DNA from: an uncultured bacterium
GTDB lineage: Bacteria > Bacillota_I > Bacilli_A > RFN20 > CAG-826
Assembly: GCA_949300345.1 (NCBI GenBank)
Contig: CASGDR010000001.1
Location: 131,835 to 195,834, forward strand
DNA length: 64,000 bases
Direction: 5' to 3'
Shown here: positions 57,067-64,000 of the stretch, piece by piece
Layout: the number at the start of each line of letters is the position of its first letter
Position numbering within the stretch: position 1 is the stretch's first letter
Notes under the pieces: model-generated
The model's input: only the letters and a program-made list of their open reading frames with translations
Told to the model about the DNA's origin: nothing
The model's database searches: none
Position numbers and translations under genes: made by a program

Positions 57067-58131
57067 ATGAAAAAAACCAGACTTGGTGACATTGCCATAA
57101 TAACGATGGGCCAATCGCCTGAATCCTGTTTTTACAATACTGAAGGGCGAGGAATGCCTTTCTTACAGGGCAGCAAAACATTTGGAAGAATATTTCCGAC
57201 ATTTTCCTCTTTTACTGAGAGAACTACTAAAACCGCATTGAAAGGGGACGTTTTAATGAGCGTTCGGGCACCTGTCGGCGACATTAACATCGCTCCAACT
57301 GATATGTGCATCGGCCGTGGTCTTTGTTCTATCAGAATGAAAAACGGCAACCAAAAATACCTTTTCTATCTTTTGAAGAATAACATTCACAATATTCTCA
57401 GCAAACAAAATGGAACAGTGTTTGCTTCCGTAAACAGAAAAGATTTAGAGAGCCTAGAACTGTATGTTTTGAACGAAGAGGAGCAGAAATCTTTCGGGGA
57501 TTTCTTGGCACTCTTCGATGAAAAAATTAATTTGAATGATGAGATAAACGATAATTTATCGAAGCAGGCAGAAGCTATTTTTGAAGCCGCCTTTGCCGAT
57601 TCGATGTATGGTGACAAGAAGATTTCCGACTTTATTTTGCCTAAGCGAGGCAAGTCCCTTCTATCAAAGGATGCAACTGCCGGAGATGTTCCAGTTGTAG
57701 CTGGCGGACTTGAGCCGGCAACATTTCACAATGCAGCTAATACGGTAGCTCCGGTCATAACGATTTCAGCTTCTGGGGCAAATGCCGGTTTTGTGAGGCT
57801 TTGGAACGTTCCGGTTTGGTCTTCTGACTCATCTTTCATTGATAAGACGATGACGGACATAGTCTATTTCTGGTATTTGGCGTTGAAGACCAGGCAAGAT
57901 GAGATTTATGGGGCCCAAACTGGTTCGGCCCAGCCACATGTTTATCCTCAGAATGTCAGTTCGTTACCAATCGGCGAATTAGATCAAGTGAAGGCGAAAG
58001 AGGTTAATAGCCTACTCACGCCTCTATTTGAAAAGATAGGAGAAAACGAACTAGAGAACCAAAAACTTGCAAGCCTAAGAGATTCATTGCTTCCGCGATT
58101 GCTCAGCGGAGAGATAAATCCGGCGGAATAA
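57067..58131 (+). CDS. hsdS: hsdS gene copy with two target-recognition domains, inverted relative to hsdM (silent donor or alternately expressed)
   Basis: 354 aa. TRD-A is followed by the central conserved NDEINDNLSKQAEAIFEAAF (repeat R3), then TRD-B and a C-terminus LLPRLLSGEINPAE. Confidence 0.75.
   Translation: MKKTRLGDIAIITMGQSPESCFYNTEGRGMPFLQGSKTFGRIFPTFSSFTERTTKTALKGDVLMSVRAPVGDINIAPTDMCIGRGLCSIRMKNGNQKYLFYLLKNNIHNILSKQNGTVFASVNRKDLESLELYVLNEEEQKSFGDFLALFDEKINLNDEINDNLSKQAEAIFEAAFADSMYGDKKISDFILPKRGKSLLSKDATAGDVPVVAGGLEPATFHNAANTVAPVITISASGANAGFVRLWNVPVWSSDSSFIDKTMTDIVYFWYLALKTRQDEIYGAQTGSAQPHVYPQNVSSLPIGELDQVKAKEVNSLLTPLFEKIGENELENQKLASLRDSLLPRLLSGEINPAE
57544..57567 (+). repeat. 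hsdS recombination repeat R3 (forward)
   Basis: ataaacgataatttatcgaagcag is identical to the core of R1 and inverted relative to R4. Confidence 0.8.
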
Positions 58132-58664
58132 AAGGTTCGCTTCGATAAATTATCGTTTATCTTGTTGTTTTGAGTAATTTTGTCATCAAGGTCGCTCAGG
58201 AGCCGAGAAACAGCTTTCTGCTCATCCAAACTTGGAAGATCAATTGAAATTTCGCCAAAAATATGGGAAGTGATCGTGTCAAATACAGATCCATTGGCCG
58301 CCTTTTTCAGTATACGGACAGCATTCTTCAAAAAATAGAAAAGGTAATCTGGGTCAACAAGGGTCGCATGTGGATGGATTCCAAAGCACGATTGGTTAAA
58401 AGCCATCGTCTTTTTTATCATGGCTATTTCTCCAACCGTTCCCCTTGCTGATATTACGATGTCATTTTCACTCAAGAGTTTAGTTGAACTATTTTTAAGT
58501 CCCTCTTCTGTAATACTTTTTTCCGTCTTCTCAACATATTTCGATCCCTCACGGATATCTTTGACTGAAATCCAAGGAATATCTCCATTCCAATAACACG
58601 GAACTGTTGTTTTGGGAGTGCCACCACCAATAATGTCGGAAATTTCGGAGATTTTATAAGTCAT
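57984..58664 (-). CDS. hsdS: Expressed-locus hsdS (TRD1) downstream of hsdM; reading frame leaves HsdS-like sequence after repeat R4
   Basis: MTYKISEISDIIGGGTP... is an N-terminal TRD, then KINDNLSK at repeat R4. After that the frame reads antisense of the plus-strand hsdS C-terminus, non-HsdS-like, until the stop at 57984. It overlaps the hsdM stop by 11 nt. Confidence 0.65.
   Translation of the reverse strand: MTYKISEISDIIGGGTPKTTVPCYWNGDIPWISVKDIREGSKYVEKTEKSITEEGLKNSSTKLLSENDIVISARGTVGEIAMIKKTMAFNQSCFGIHPHATLVDPDYLFYFLKNAVRILKKAANGSVFDTITSHIFGEISIDLPSLDEQKAVSRLLSDLDDKITQNNKINDNLSKRTFYSAGFISPLSNRGSNESLRLASFWFSSSFSPIFSNRGVSRLLTSFAFT
58141..58160 (-). repeat. hsdS recombination repeat R4 (inverted copy)
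   Basis: ttcgataaattatcgtttat is the reverse complement of 57544..57563. Confidence 0.8.
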
Positions 58665-60168
58665 AGCCGAGCCCCTTTAGATTTTTCCGAATTTCTGTTT
58701 CAAGCTCGTGTGATTTTTCGAACAGTTCGGATAATTCACTTGTAAGTCGGCTCATTTTTTCTTCGAACGGTTCGCCGTCATCCTCTTGCTCCTCAATTCC
58801 GACGTATCGGCCAGGGGTAAGCACAAATCCATGCTCCCCAATCGTCGCTATATCCGCCACGGCACAATAGCCTTTCTCATCGCTTAGAGTTCCGTTTTGG
58901 AATTGCTCAAAAGTATCAGCAAGCTTCTTGATGTCGTCATCCGAGAAGTCGCGATGAGTCCGGTCCACCATGTGACCCATCTTCCTAGCATCAATGAACA
59001 AGGTCCTACCCTTCCGCTTCTTGTTTTTGGTTATGAACCAAAGCGAAACCGGGATAGTAACGCTGTAGAAAAGCTGAGTCGGCATTGCAATGATCCCCTC
59101 GATGAGATCGGCTTGGATGATCTTTTTGCGTATCTCTCCTTCACCGCTGGAATTCGATGTTAGGGCACCGTTTGCAAGGACAAGGCCGATTTTACCGTTT
59201 GGCGCAAGATGATAAATCATGTGCTGTATCCAGGCAAAGTTGGCATTCCCGGCAGGTGGAAGTCCATAAGCCCAACGCACGTCGTCAACAAGGTTCTCTT
59301 GCCCCCACGGGTGGTAATTGAACGGTGGGTTTGCCAAAACAAAATCAGCCCGCAATGTCTTATGAAGGTCGTGAGCGAACGTATCATCCGGATTAGGGCC
59401 GAAATCGGCATCGATTCCACGGATTGCCATGTTCATCTTGGCCATCTTCCAAGTGTCGGGATTGGCTTCCTGCCCGTAAACGGAAATTGTTCCTCTCCTT
59501 CCGGTATGCTCTTGGATAAAGTTGGCCGATTGCACGAACATGCCGCCGCTTCCGCAACATGGGTCATAGACCCGACAGTTCGAAAAGGGCTTAAGAATGG
59601 AAACTAGTGTTTTGACGATGCTTGAAGGCGTGTAATATTCGCCACCCTTCTTGCCCTCTTTCGCAGCGAACTTCGCAATGCAGTACTCATAAGTCCTGCC
59701 CAAAAGATCTTTTTCTTCATTGTCGCTCATGTTCACGTTGGTGAAAATGTCGACGACGTTTCCAAGGACAGACTGGTCCAAATCCGGATTGGCGTAATTC
59801 TTCGGAAGGACGTTTTTCAAACTTGGATTTTCTTTCTCAATGGCCTCCATGGCCGTATCAATAACTTTTCCAATCTCGGGCTTATGGGCGTTTGCGGAAA
59901 TGGTTTCCCACCTGGATTCCTTCGGCAAGTAGAAAACATTCACCTCTTTGTAAGCATCTTTATCGTCTTCAAAACCATCGCCTTCAGCGACAAGTTCCTG
60001 ATAGCGATGTTCGAAGGCCGTGGAGACATAGCGAAGGAAGATTAGCCCAATCACTACTTGCCGATACTCGGTTGTAGGAATGTGCCCCCAAAGAACGCAG
60101 GCAGCATCCCAGATTTCCTTCTCAAAACCAATAGTAGCGTTTGATTTGTTTTTGTCAGCCATTATCAC
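58654..60168 (-). CDS. hsdM: Type I R-M N6-adenine DNA methyltransferase subunit
   Basis: 504 aa with an HsdM N-domain, a SAM motif and the catalytic NPPF (VLANPPFNYHPWGQE). Confidence 0.9.
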   Translation of the reverse strand: MIMADKNKSNATIGFEKEIWDAACVLWGHIPTTEYRQVVIGLIFLRYVSTAFEHRYQELVAEGDGFEDDKDAYKEVNVFYLPKESRWETISANAHKPEIGKVIDTAMEAIEKENPSLKNVLPKNYANPDLDQSVLGNVVDIFTNVNMSDNEEKDLLGRTYEYCIAKFAAKEGKKGGEYYTPSSIVKTLVSILKPFSNCRVYDPCCGSGGMFVQSANFIQEHTGRRGTISVYGQEANPDTWKMAKMNMAIRGIDADFGPNPDDTFAHDLHKTLRADFVLANPPFNYHPWGQENLVDDVRWAYGLPPAGNANFAWIQHMIYHLAPNGKIGLVLANGALTSNSSGEGEIRKKIIQADLIEGIIAMPTQLFYSVTIPVSLWFITKNKKRKGRTLFIDARKMGHMVDRTHRDFSDDDIKKLADTFEQFQNGTLSDEKGYCAVADIATIGEHGFVLTPGRYVGIEEQEDDGEPFEEKMSRLTSELSELFEKSHELETEIRKNLKGLGYDL

Positions 60169-60371
60169 TTCTCCTCTGTTATGGGTGCGATATCCTTATC
60201 CTTCATCAACTGTTCTAACTTGGCCTTAGCGATTTTTGTGGGCTCAAAATGCCCATTTTCCCACCGATTGACTGTTTGGAAGGTTACATCCAAAAGGTCA
60301 GCTAATCCTTGTTGAGAAAGTCCTAGTTCAGTGCGTATTTTTACTATCGTTTTTTTATAATCGACCCTCAT
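60165..60371 (-). CDS. XRE-family (Cro/cI-type) HTH transcriptional regulator
   Basis: 68 aa with the HTH LGLSQQGLADLLDVTFQTVNRWENG. The stop overlaps the hsdM start by 4 nt. Confidence 0.7.
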   Translation of the reverse strand: MRVDYKKTIVKIRTELGLSQQGLADLLDVTFQTVNRWENGHFEPTKIAKAKLEQLMKDKDIAPITEEK

Positions 60372-60507
60372 TTTTGCCTCCGCCTTATAACAGTCTATAT
60401 CATTTTATAACACTTTATATGTTCATGCCTAGGAAAACATCATCTTTCCCTCAATAAAAAAAGAGCCACCCAACCCCGTCAGGAGTCAGATGGCTTCGCG
60501 TCATTGA

Positions 60508-60900
60508 TTATGCTTTTTGGCTGGCGGTCTTGAGCGTGTTTATGCTCGCCTCGATCTGCGTGGTGACCCAGGCGTCGACGTCCCCGAAGTGCGTCTCGAT
60601 GTAGTCCCTGACGTCATCGCCAAGCTGGGCGAGGACGATGCCCTTGGCCTTGTTGAGCGCAGTGAGTTGGGCGTCCTTGCCGAAGTTCCCCTCCTTCTTC
60701 AAGGAATCGACATAGGTCTGGAACACGCACCTCACGGCATCCAAGACAATCGTTGTTGCATCCGTGATGTACTTCTCGGTCTTTTCATTGTCTATCTTGG
60801 CAGAGATCCACTTGATGAGTTTGCCTCCAAGCAAGGTGATGAGCGGAATGATTACGGCTGTCACAATGCAGCTCAAAACATTCAATAAGATTTCGTTCAT
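60508..60900 (-). CDS. Phage holin (LL-H-like family)
   Basis: 130 aa with an N-terminal TM helix, then KWISAKIDNEK...QTYVDSLKKEGNF..., reminiscent of LL-H holins. Confidence 0.55.
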   Translation of the reverse strand: MNEILLNVLSCIVTAVIIPLITLLGGKLIKWISAKIDNEKTEKYITDATTIVLDAVRCVFQTYVDSLKKEGNFGKDAQLTALNKAKGIVLAQLGDDVRDYIETHFGDVDAWVTTQIEASINTLKTASQKA

Positions 60901-61211
60901 GTGTTGTTTGCTCCTTTCATTTCGTCATGAAGTTCGGTGATTCTTTTGTGGGCGTTCTTGGTGCTTTCCTCGACCTTGACTAGCCTGTTGGAAAGGTCGG
61001 CGTACCTCTCCTCCAGATGGTTTAGAGATTTCTCGATCCTGTCGATGGAGGACTTGATGTAGCCAATCTCGGAGAGCATCACGCCCTCGTTCTTTCCTTC
61101 ATCCTTATGTTCCTGCTTGTTTCCTCTTTTGAAGGCCAAATACGCAAAAAGGATGCTGGATAAGGTTCCCATCACGCTGATTACGGTCAAGACTATATCC
61201 GTGCTATCCAT
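60897..61211 (-). CDS. Phage lysis-cassette membrane protein (N-terminal TM + coiled coil; XhlA-like/holin accessory)
   Basis: 104 aa with a TM helix followed by a heptad-like coiled coil. It overlaps the holin gene by 4 nt. Confidence 0.45.
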   Translation of the reverse strand: MDSTDIVLTVISVMGTLSSILFAYLAFKRGNKQEHKDEGKNEGVMLSEIGYIKSSIDRIEKSLNHLEERYADLSNRLVKVEESTKNAHKRITELHDEMKGANNT

Positions 61212-61893
61212 CTTTCAGTCCCTCCTTTGTTTCGTAGATTTCTTCCAGATATTTCTCCATGAGCGAAAGGAACTCCTTCTGCCTTTCCTTCTTTGCCCAG
61301 TTGAGCTTGAAGTCGATTTCCTCTTTGAAGTACTTGTCGTCAAGCGCAAGGCTGAAGACACCCGTTTTCTTATAGTTCTCAAGCTGCCCCCTCATCCTGA
61401 CGACATGGTAGAACTTCTTCCCGACGATTGGAGAGTCGTTGAAGCAGAAAGCGAAATACTCATAGAAATTCGAGAGAAAACCATGCAAAACCTTGCTTAA
61501 ATCGAAGTTTTTGTAGGCTTCGTATTCCTTTTTGTATTTCTCGTTTAGAAAGATCAAAGTGTCTGGAAGGGTGAGGATGTCGTCGATGAAGCACTTCTTG
61601 TAAAGGGAGATCCCGCTATTGGGATTTAACCTTTCCATGTAGACGTCCTTCCCATAGCAGAAAACGTCGATATCATCTATCTTTGTCTTGAAAGCACCTT
61701 CGAAGCCATCAAGAGACACATTGACGTCATAGTCGCTCGTTCCGCTTAGGAATGTGCCATAGCCTATGCTTCCGCCGAAATACATGAACATGCAGGTCAT
61801 GTTCGGGAAATTGGACATAACCTTGTCGTATATTCTTTTCTTGTCCAAAGTCCCAATCAGTTTGTTCCTTTTGAGTACTATTTCCTTAATCAT
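61204..61893 (-). CDS. Pol-beta-type nucleotidyltransferase-fold protein (KNTase/ANT-like size), phage-embedded
   Basis: About 229 aa from MIKEIVLKRNKL. It has the motif YFGGSIGYGTFLSGTSDYDVNV (GS...DxD) and a later acidic DDIDVF. Confidence 0.55.
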   Translation of the reverse strand: MIKEIVLKRNKLIGTLDKKRIYDKVMSNFPNMTCMFMYFGGSIGYGTFLSGTSDYDVNVSLDGFEGAFKTKIDDIDVFCYGKDVYMERLNPNSGISLYKKCFIDDILTLPDTLIFLNEKYKKEYEAYKNFDLSKVLHGFLSNFYEYFAFCFNDSPIVGKKFYHVVRMRGQLENYKKTGVFSLALDDKYFKEEIDFKLNWAKKERQKEFLSLMEKYLEEIYETKEGLKDG

Positions 61894-62167
61894 CCAATCC
61901 GTCCTCCAATCCGACGACGTTTTCCTTGAGCCACCTGTACCCGGCCTTGAAAACATCGCAAACTAAAAAGGATTCGTAGTCTTCCTTCGGGACAATGATG
62001 TCGATTGAGTCTATCGGATCACAACCGCTGTCCCTCGTTTCCTTGGAGACGTATGAACCCACGCATATGATTGCTTCCTTGTCCATGGCGTTGAGCGAGA
62101 TGTTGGTTATTCTATGATAGCTGGGCTTTATGCCATAGCTTGAAGCAAGTTCCTTGATAATCGCCAT
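61886..62167 (-). CDS. Hypothetical phage protein
   Basis: 93 aa, between the tail-fiber and lysis genes. No motif recognised. Confidence 0.35.
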   Translation of the reverse strand: MAIIKELASSYGIKPSYHRITNISLNAMDKEAIICVGSYVSKETRDSGCDPIDSIDIIVPKEDYESFLVCDVFKAGYRWLKENVVGLEDGLDD

Positions 62168-62175
62168 AGGCCCTC

Positions 62176-62364
62176 CTAACTCGTGGTGTTCCCACTGCTA
62201 GAGGAACTCGAGACTATGGAATTCGTGTTGACGCACATTATCCCCTTGGTGCATCTGAGGTAGAGTTTGCCGGTGCTGTAGTTCACGGCGAGCTCACCAT
62301 ATTTGCCAAGCTTTGATGTCGTCGGCACAGTCGTTCCTCTTTTGATCAGAATGGTCGCCATCAA
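62176..62364 (-). CDS. Short tail-fiber N-terminal-domain protein (possible truncated duplicate)
   Basis: 62 aa. MATILIKRGTTVPTTSKLGKYGELAVNYSTGKLYLR matches the N-terminus of the upstream 283 aa protein (ATIQLRRKTTSGNG...GEPLIDLNGGNLYI). Confidence 0.45.
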   Translation of the reverse strand: MMATILIKRGTTVPTTSKLGKYGELAVNYSTGKLYLRCTKGIMCVNTNSIVSSSSSSGNTTS

Positions 62365-63212
62365 TAAGTTCCTCCGTCGATTGTCGAGCTTGGAGTCAGG
62401 ACCTTTGATTTGTTGATGCCAATCTCAAACTTTCTGTTTTTCATCTCATACGCAGTTTCATAGGTCGATCTGACAATCAGCCCTCCGTCTAGGGTATTGC
62501 CGTCAAAATTGGAGGCATTGTCCTCCCAAGTTGTGCTTCTCGATTCGATTATTTCGGATACATAGACATTCTCTAATATGCTCCTTTGCTTTGAGGTCAA
62601 ATGGGTGTTGTCGCTCTTGTGTGAATTAAACGTTGAAGTCGAGACACCACCTAGTTCGCTTAAGGAGATGGTGACTGCTCCGGTCTTGCCATTGACCGAT
62701 GTGACCTTATCTGTCGGAGTCTTTAATTCTTGCCAATTGGCAAGCGTCGAATAAGGCTCAGATTTCAGGATGTAGGTTTTGGATACATCGTTTCTGACGC
62801 AGATGTCGCCGAGCTCGGCTTGGCTGAGCTTCAACATCTCGGCTTCGCTATTAACGACGTAGGTATTGGTGATGGCGATCTGCGGAATGATGGAGCTAGG
62901 AAGGAATCCATCGCTGTCTATGACAGGAATGTTCCCGCTTTCCTTGCCGACGTTGTATCTTGAGGCAGATCCCAAATCGAGTTCATCAATCTTGTCGTTA
63001 AGGACACCAGTGAGGTTATCCTTGTTTACGAACTCAAAATAATCGGAAGCGCTGAGCGGATTGGAGCTCGAGGCTGTCTTGTTGGCCTTGGCGATGTAGA
63101 GGTTTCCTCCGTTAAGGTCGATGAGAGGCTCGCCTTGCTTTACGGTTCCTGAAGTTCCTGTAAGCGGACCGTTTCCGCTTGTGGTCTTTCTTCTAAGTTG
63201 TATTGTTGCCAT
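62361..63212 (-). CDS. Phage tail fiber protein (conserved N-terminal prophage tail-fiber motif)
   Basis: 283 aa with an N-terminal ATIQLRRKTTSG...GEPLIDLNGGNLYIAKA, similar to Firmicutes prophage tail-fiber N-terminal domains. It is Ser/Thr/Asn-rich. Confidence 0.55.
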   Translation of the reverse strand: MATIQLRRKTTSGNGPLTGTSGTVKQGEPLIDLNGGNLYIAKANKTASSSNPLSASDYFEFVNKDNLTGVLNDKIDELDLGSASRYNVGKESGNIPVIDSDGFLPSSIIPQIAITNTYVVNSEAEMLKLSQAELGDICVRNDVSKTYILKSEPYSTLANWQELKTPTDKVTSVNGKTGAVTISLSELGGVSTSTFNSHKSDNTHLTSKQRSILENVYVSEIIESRSTTWEDNASNFDGNTLDGGLIVRSTYETAYEMKNRKFEIGINKSKVLTPSSTIDGGTY

Positions 63213-63226
63213 TTCTCATTCCTCCT

Positions 63227-64000
63227 TTAGTAATAGCAAAAGAGCTTCTTGACGCTATGAAGCGAACTTCCAAGTTCGATGTAGAGGTCGTTGCCGCTTC
63301 TCTCGAGATAGCCTTGGTAATCCGTGCCTAAATACTTGTAGCTGAACGTGATGTTCGTGGTCCCTTTGAGCAGGTTCAATGAGACTGCGAAGATGTTGTT
63401 GCAACAGGCAAAAGTGATGAGGCAGGCATCCTTGTTTATGATGCTCGAGATATTGAACTTGAACGTCTCCCTGTCCTGGCTCGGATATTGGATGATTTCA
63501 CACTTCATTCCGTGCTGTTTTCCTTCGATCGTGTCATTGAGCTTACTCACCTCGCTATTTATCCTCAGGATCAAAGTGTTGTAGACGTTGTCCGAGATGG
63601 TCTTGTTGAGGTTTATGAACGTGATGACGCTCTTGTCCAAAGCAAGCGATGTCGTGGTCTTGGAATAGCCGACCATCGGGAACTCGAATGTTCCGTCGCT
63701 TTCAAGAAGGTTCGTTTGAGTAAGGCTAGGATAATTGCTTGAAGTCCCCTCCTTGGCAAGAAGAGTCGCTTCGTTGTTTACGGTGTCCAACTTAAGCACT
63801 ACATAACCTTTTTTGGTGCTATCAAGACTTACGGAAATGCTTGTTCCGTTCTCTATGTAGATCCTTCTGCCATATATCGAAACAAATCCATCCTTGAAGG
63901 TGATTTTTCCGTTACTAGATGTTGCTTCGCATTCGTCGCCCAAGTCGGCAAAAATTCCGTTTGTCTTGTTCGTGAGATACCAGTTGAAGAAGGCGTCGTC
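63227..64000 (-). CDS. Phage tail/baseplate structural protein (partial, continues past window end)
   Basis: The ORF frame stays open to the window edge. It is Ser/Thr/Asn-rich with beta-rich composition typical of tail proteins. Confidence 0.4.
   Translation of the reverse strand, partial: DDAFFNWYLTNKTNGIFADLGDECEATSSNGKITFKDGFVSIYGRRIYIENGTSISVSLDSTKKGYVVLKLDTVNNEATLLAKEGTSSNYPSLTQTNLLESDGTFEFPMVGYSKTTTSLALDKSVITFINLNKTISDNVYNTLILRINSEVSKLNDTIEGKQHGMKCEIIQYPSQDRETFKFNISSIINKDACLITFACCNNIFAVSLNLLKGTTNITFSYKYLGTDYQGYLERSGNDLYIELGSSLHSVKKLFCYY

Larger units (their letters stand above)
38270..64000. mobile_element. Composite genomic island: ccrAB-like serine-recombinase element / degraded prophage carrying a multi-system defense island, inserted downstream of SPOUT methyltransferase gene (right boundary outside window)
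   Basis: There is an abrupt switch from housekeeping genes to recombinases, defense genes and phage genes. GC content is mosaic. A holin and tail genes are present without an endolysin. Confidence 0.6.

Noticed and set aside
1-64000. CRISPR arrays, rRNA or tRNA genes
   Set aside because: I scanned for regularly spaced direct repeats and tRNA-like cloverleaf regions. Only the hsdS repeats and the ftsK PE repeat were found. No CRISPR, rRNA or tRNA is evident.

Overview
This 64 kb window has two parts. Positions 1 to about 38.3 kb are conserved chromosomal backbone of a Firmicutes-type genome with roughly 50% GC. From about 38.3 kb to the window end lies a mosaic accessory region that is compositionally heterogeneous and runs off the window edge.

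Backbone genes include mnmA, dtd, pdp, a NOL1/NOP2/Sun rRNA methyltransferase, plsC, a cytoplasmic pullulanase, acpS, ftsK and an RNase J paralogue with a degenerate active site. They continue with a three-gene GlpA-like/DUF1667 dehydrogenase cluster, pnp, a secreted pullulanase lipoprotein, rpsO, typA, ribF, truB, the rimP-nusA-ylxR-ylxQ-infB-rbfA operon, two DegV paralogues, a nitroreductase and a SPOUT/TrmH-family methyltransferase.

The accessory region reads like a defense island inside a degraded prophage or SCC-like element. Its components are:
- a nucleotidyltransferase + AP2/zinc-ribbon gene pair;
- a ccrAB-like pair of overlapping large serine recombinases with HTH regulators;
- a tightly coupled three-gene module that is the best candidate for an undescribed or variant anti-phage system: an unknown 486 aa protein, an 861 aa SF2 helicase and a 647 aa AT-rich PD-(D/E)xK nuclease, Hachiman-like plus an extra nuclease;
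- a DUF262/DUF1524 (GmrSD-like) gene translationally coupled to hsdR;
- a phase-variable type I R-M locus with an hsdS shufflon, a tyrosine recombinase and four copies of an approximately 20 bp inverted/direct repeat;
- a phage lysis/tail remnant with a holin but no endolysin, a second nucleotidyltransferase and tail-fiber genes.

No rRNA, tRNA or CRISPR array was detected by eye.
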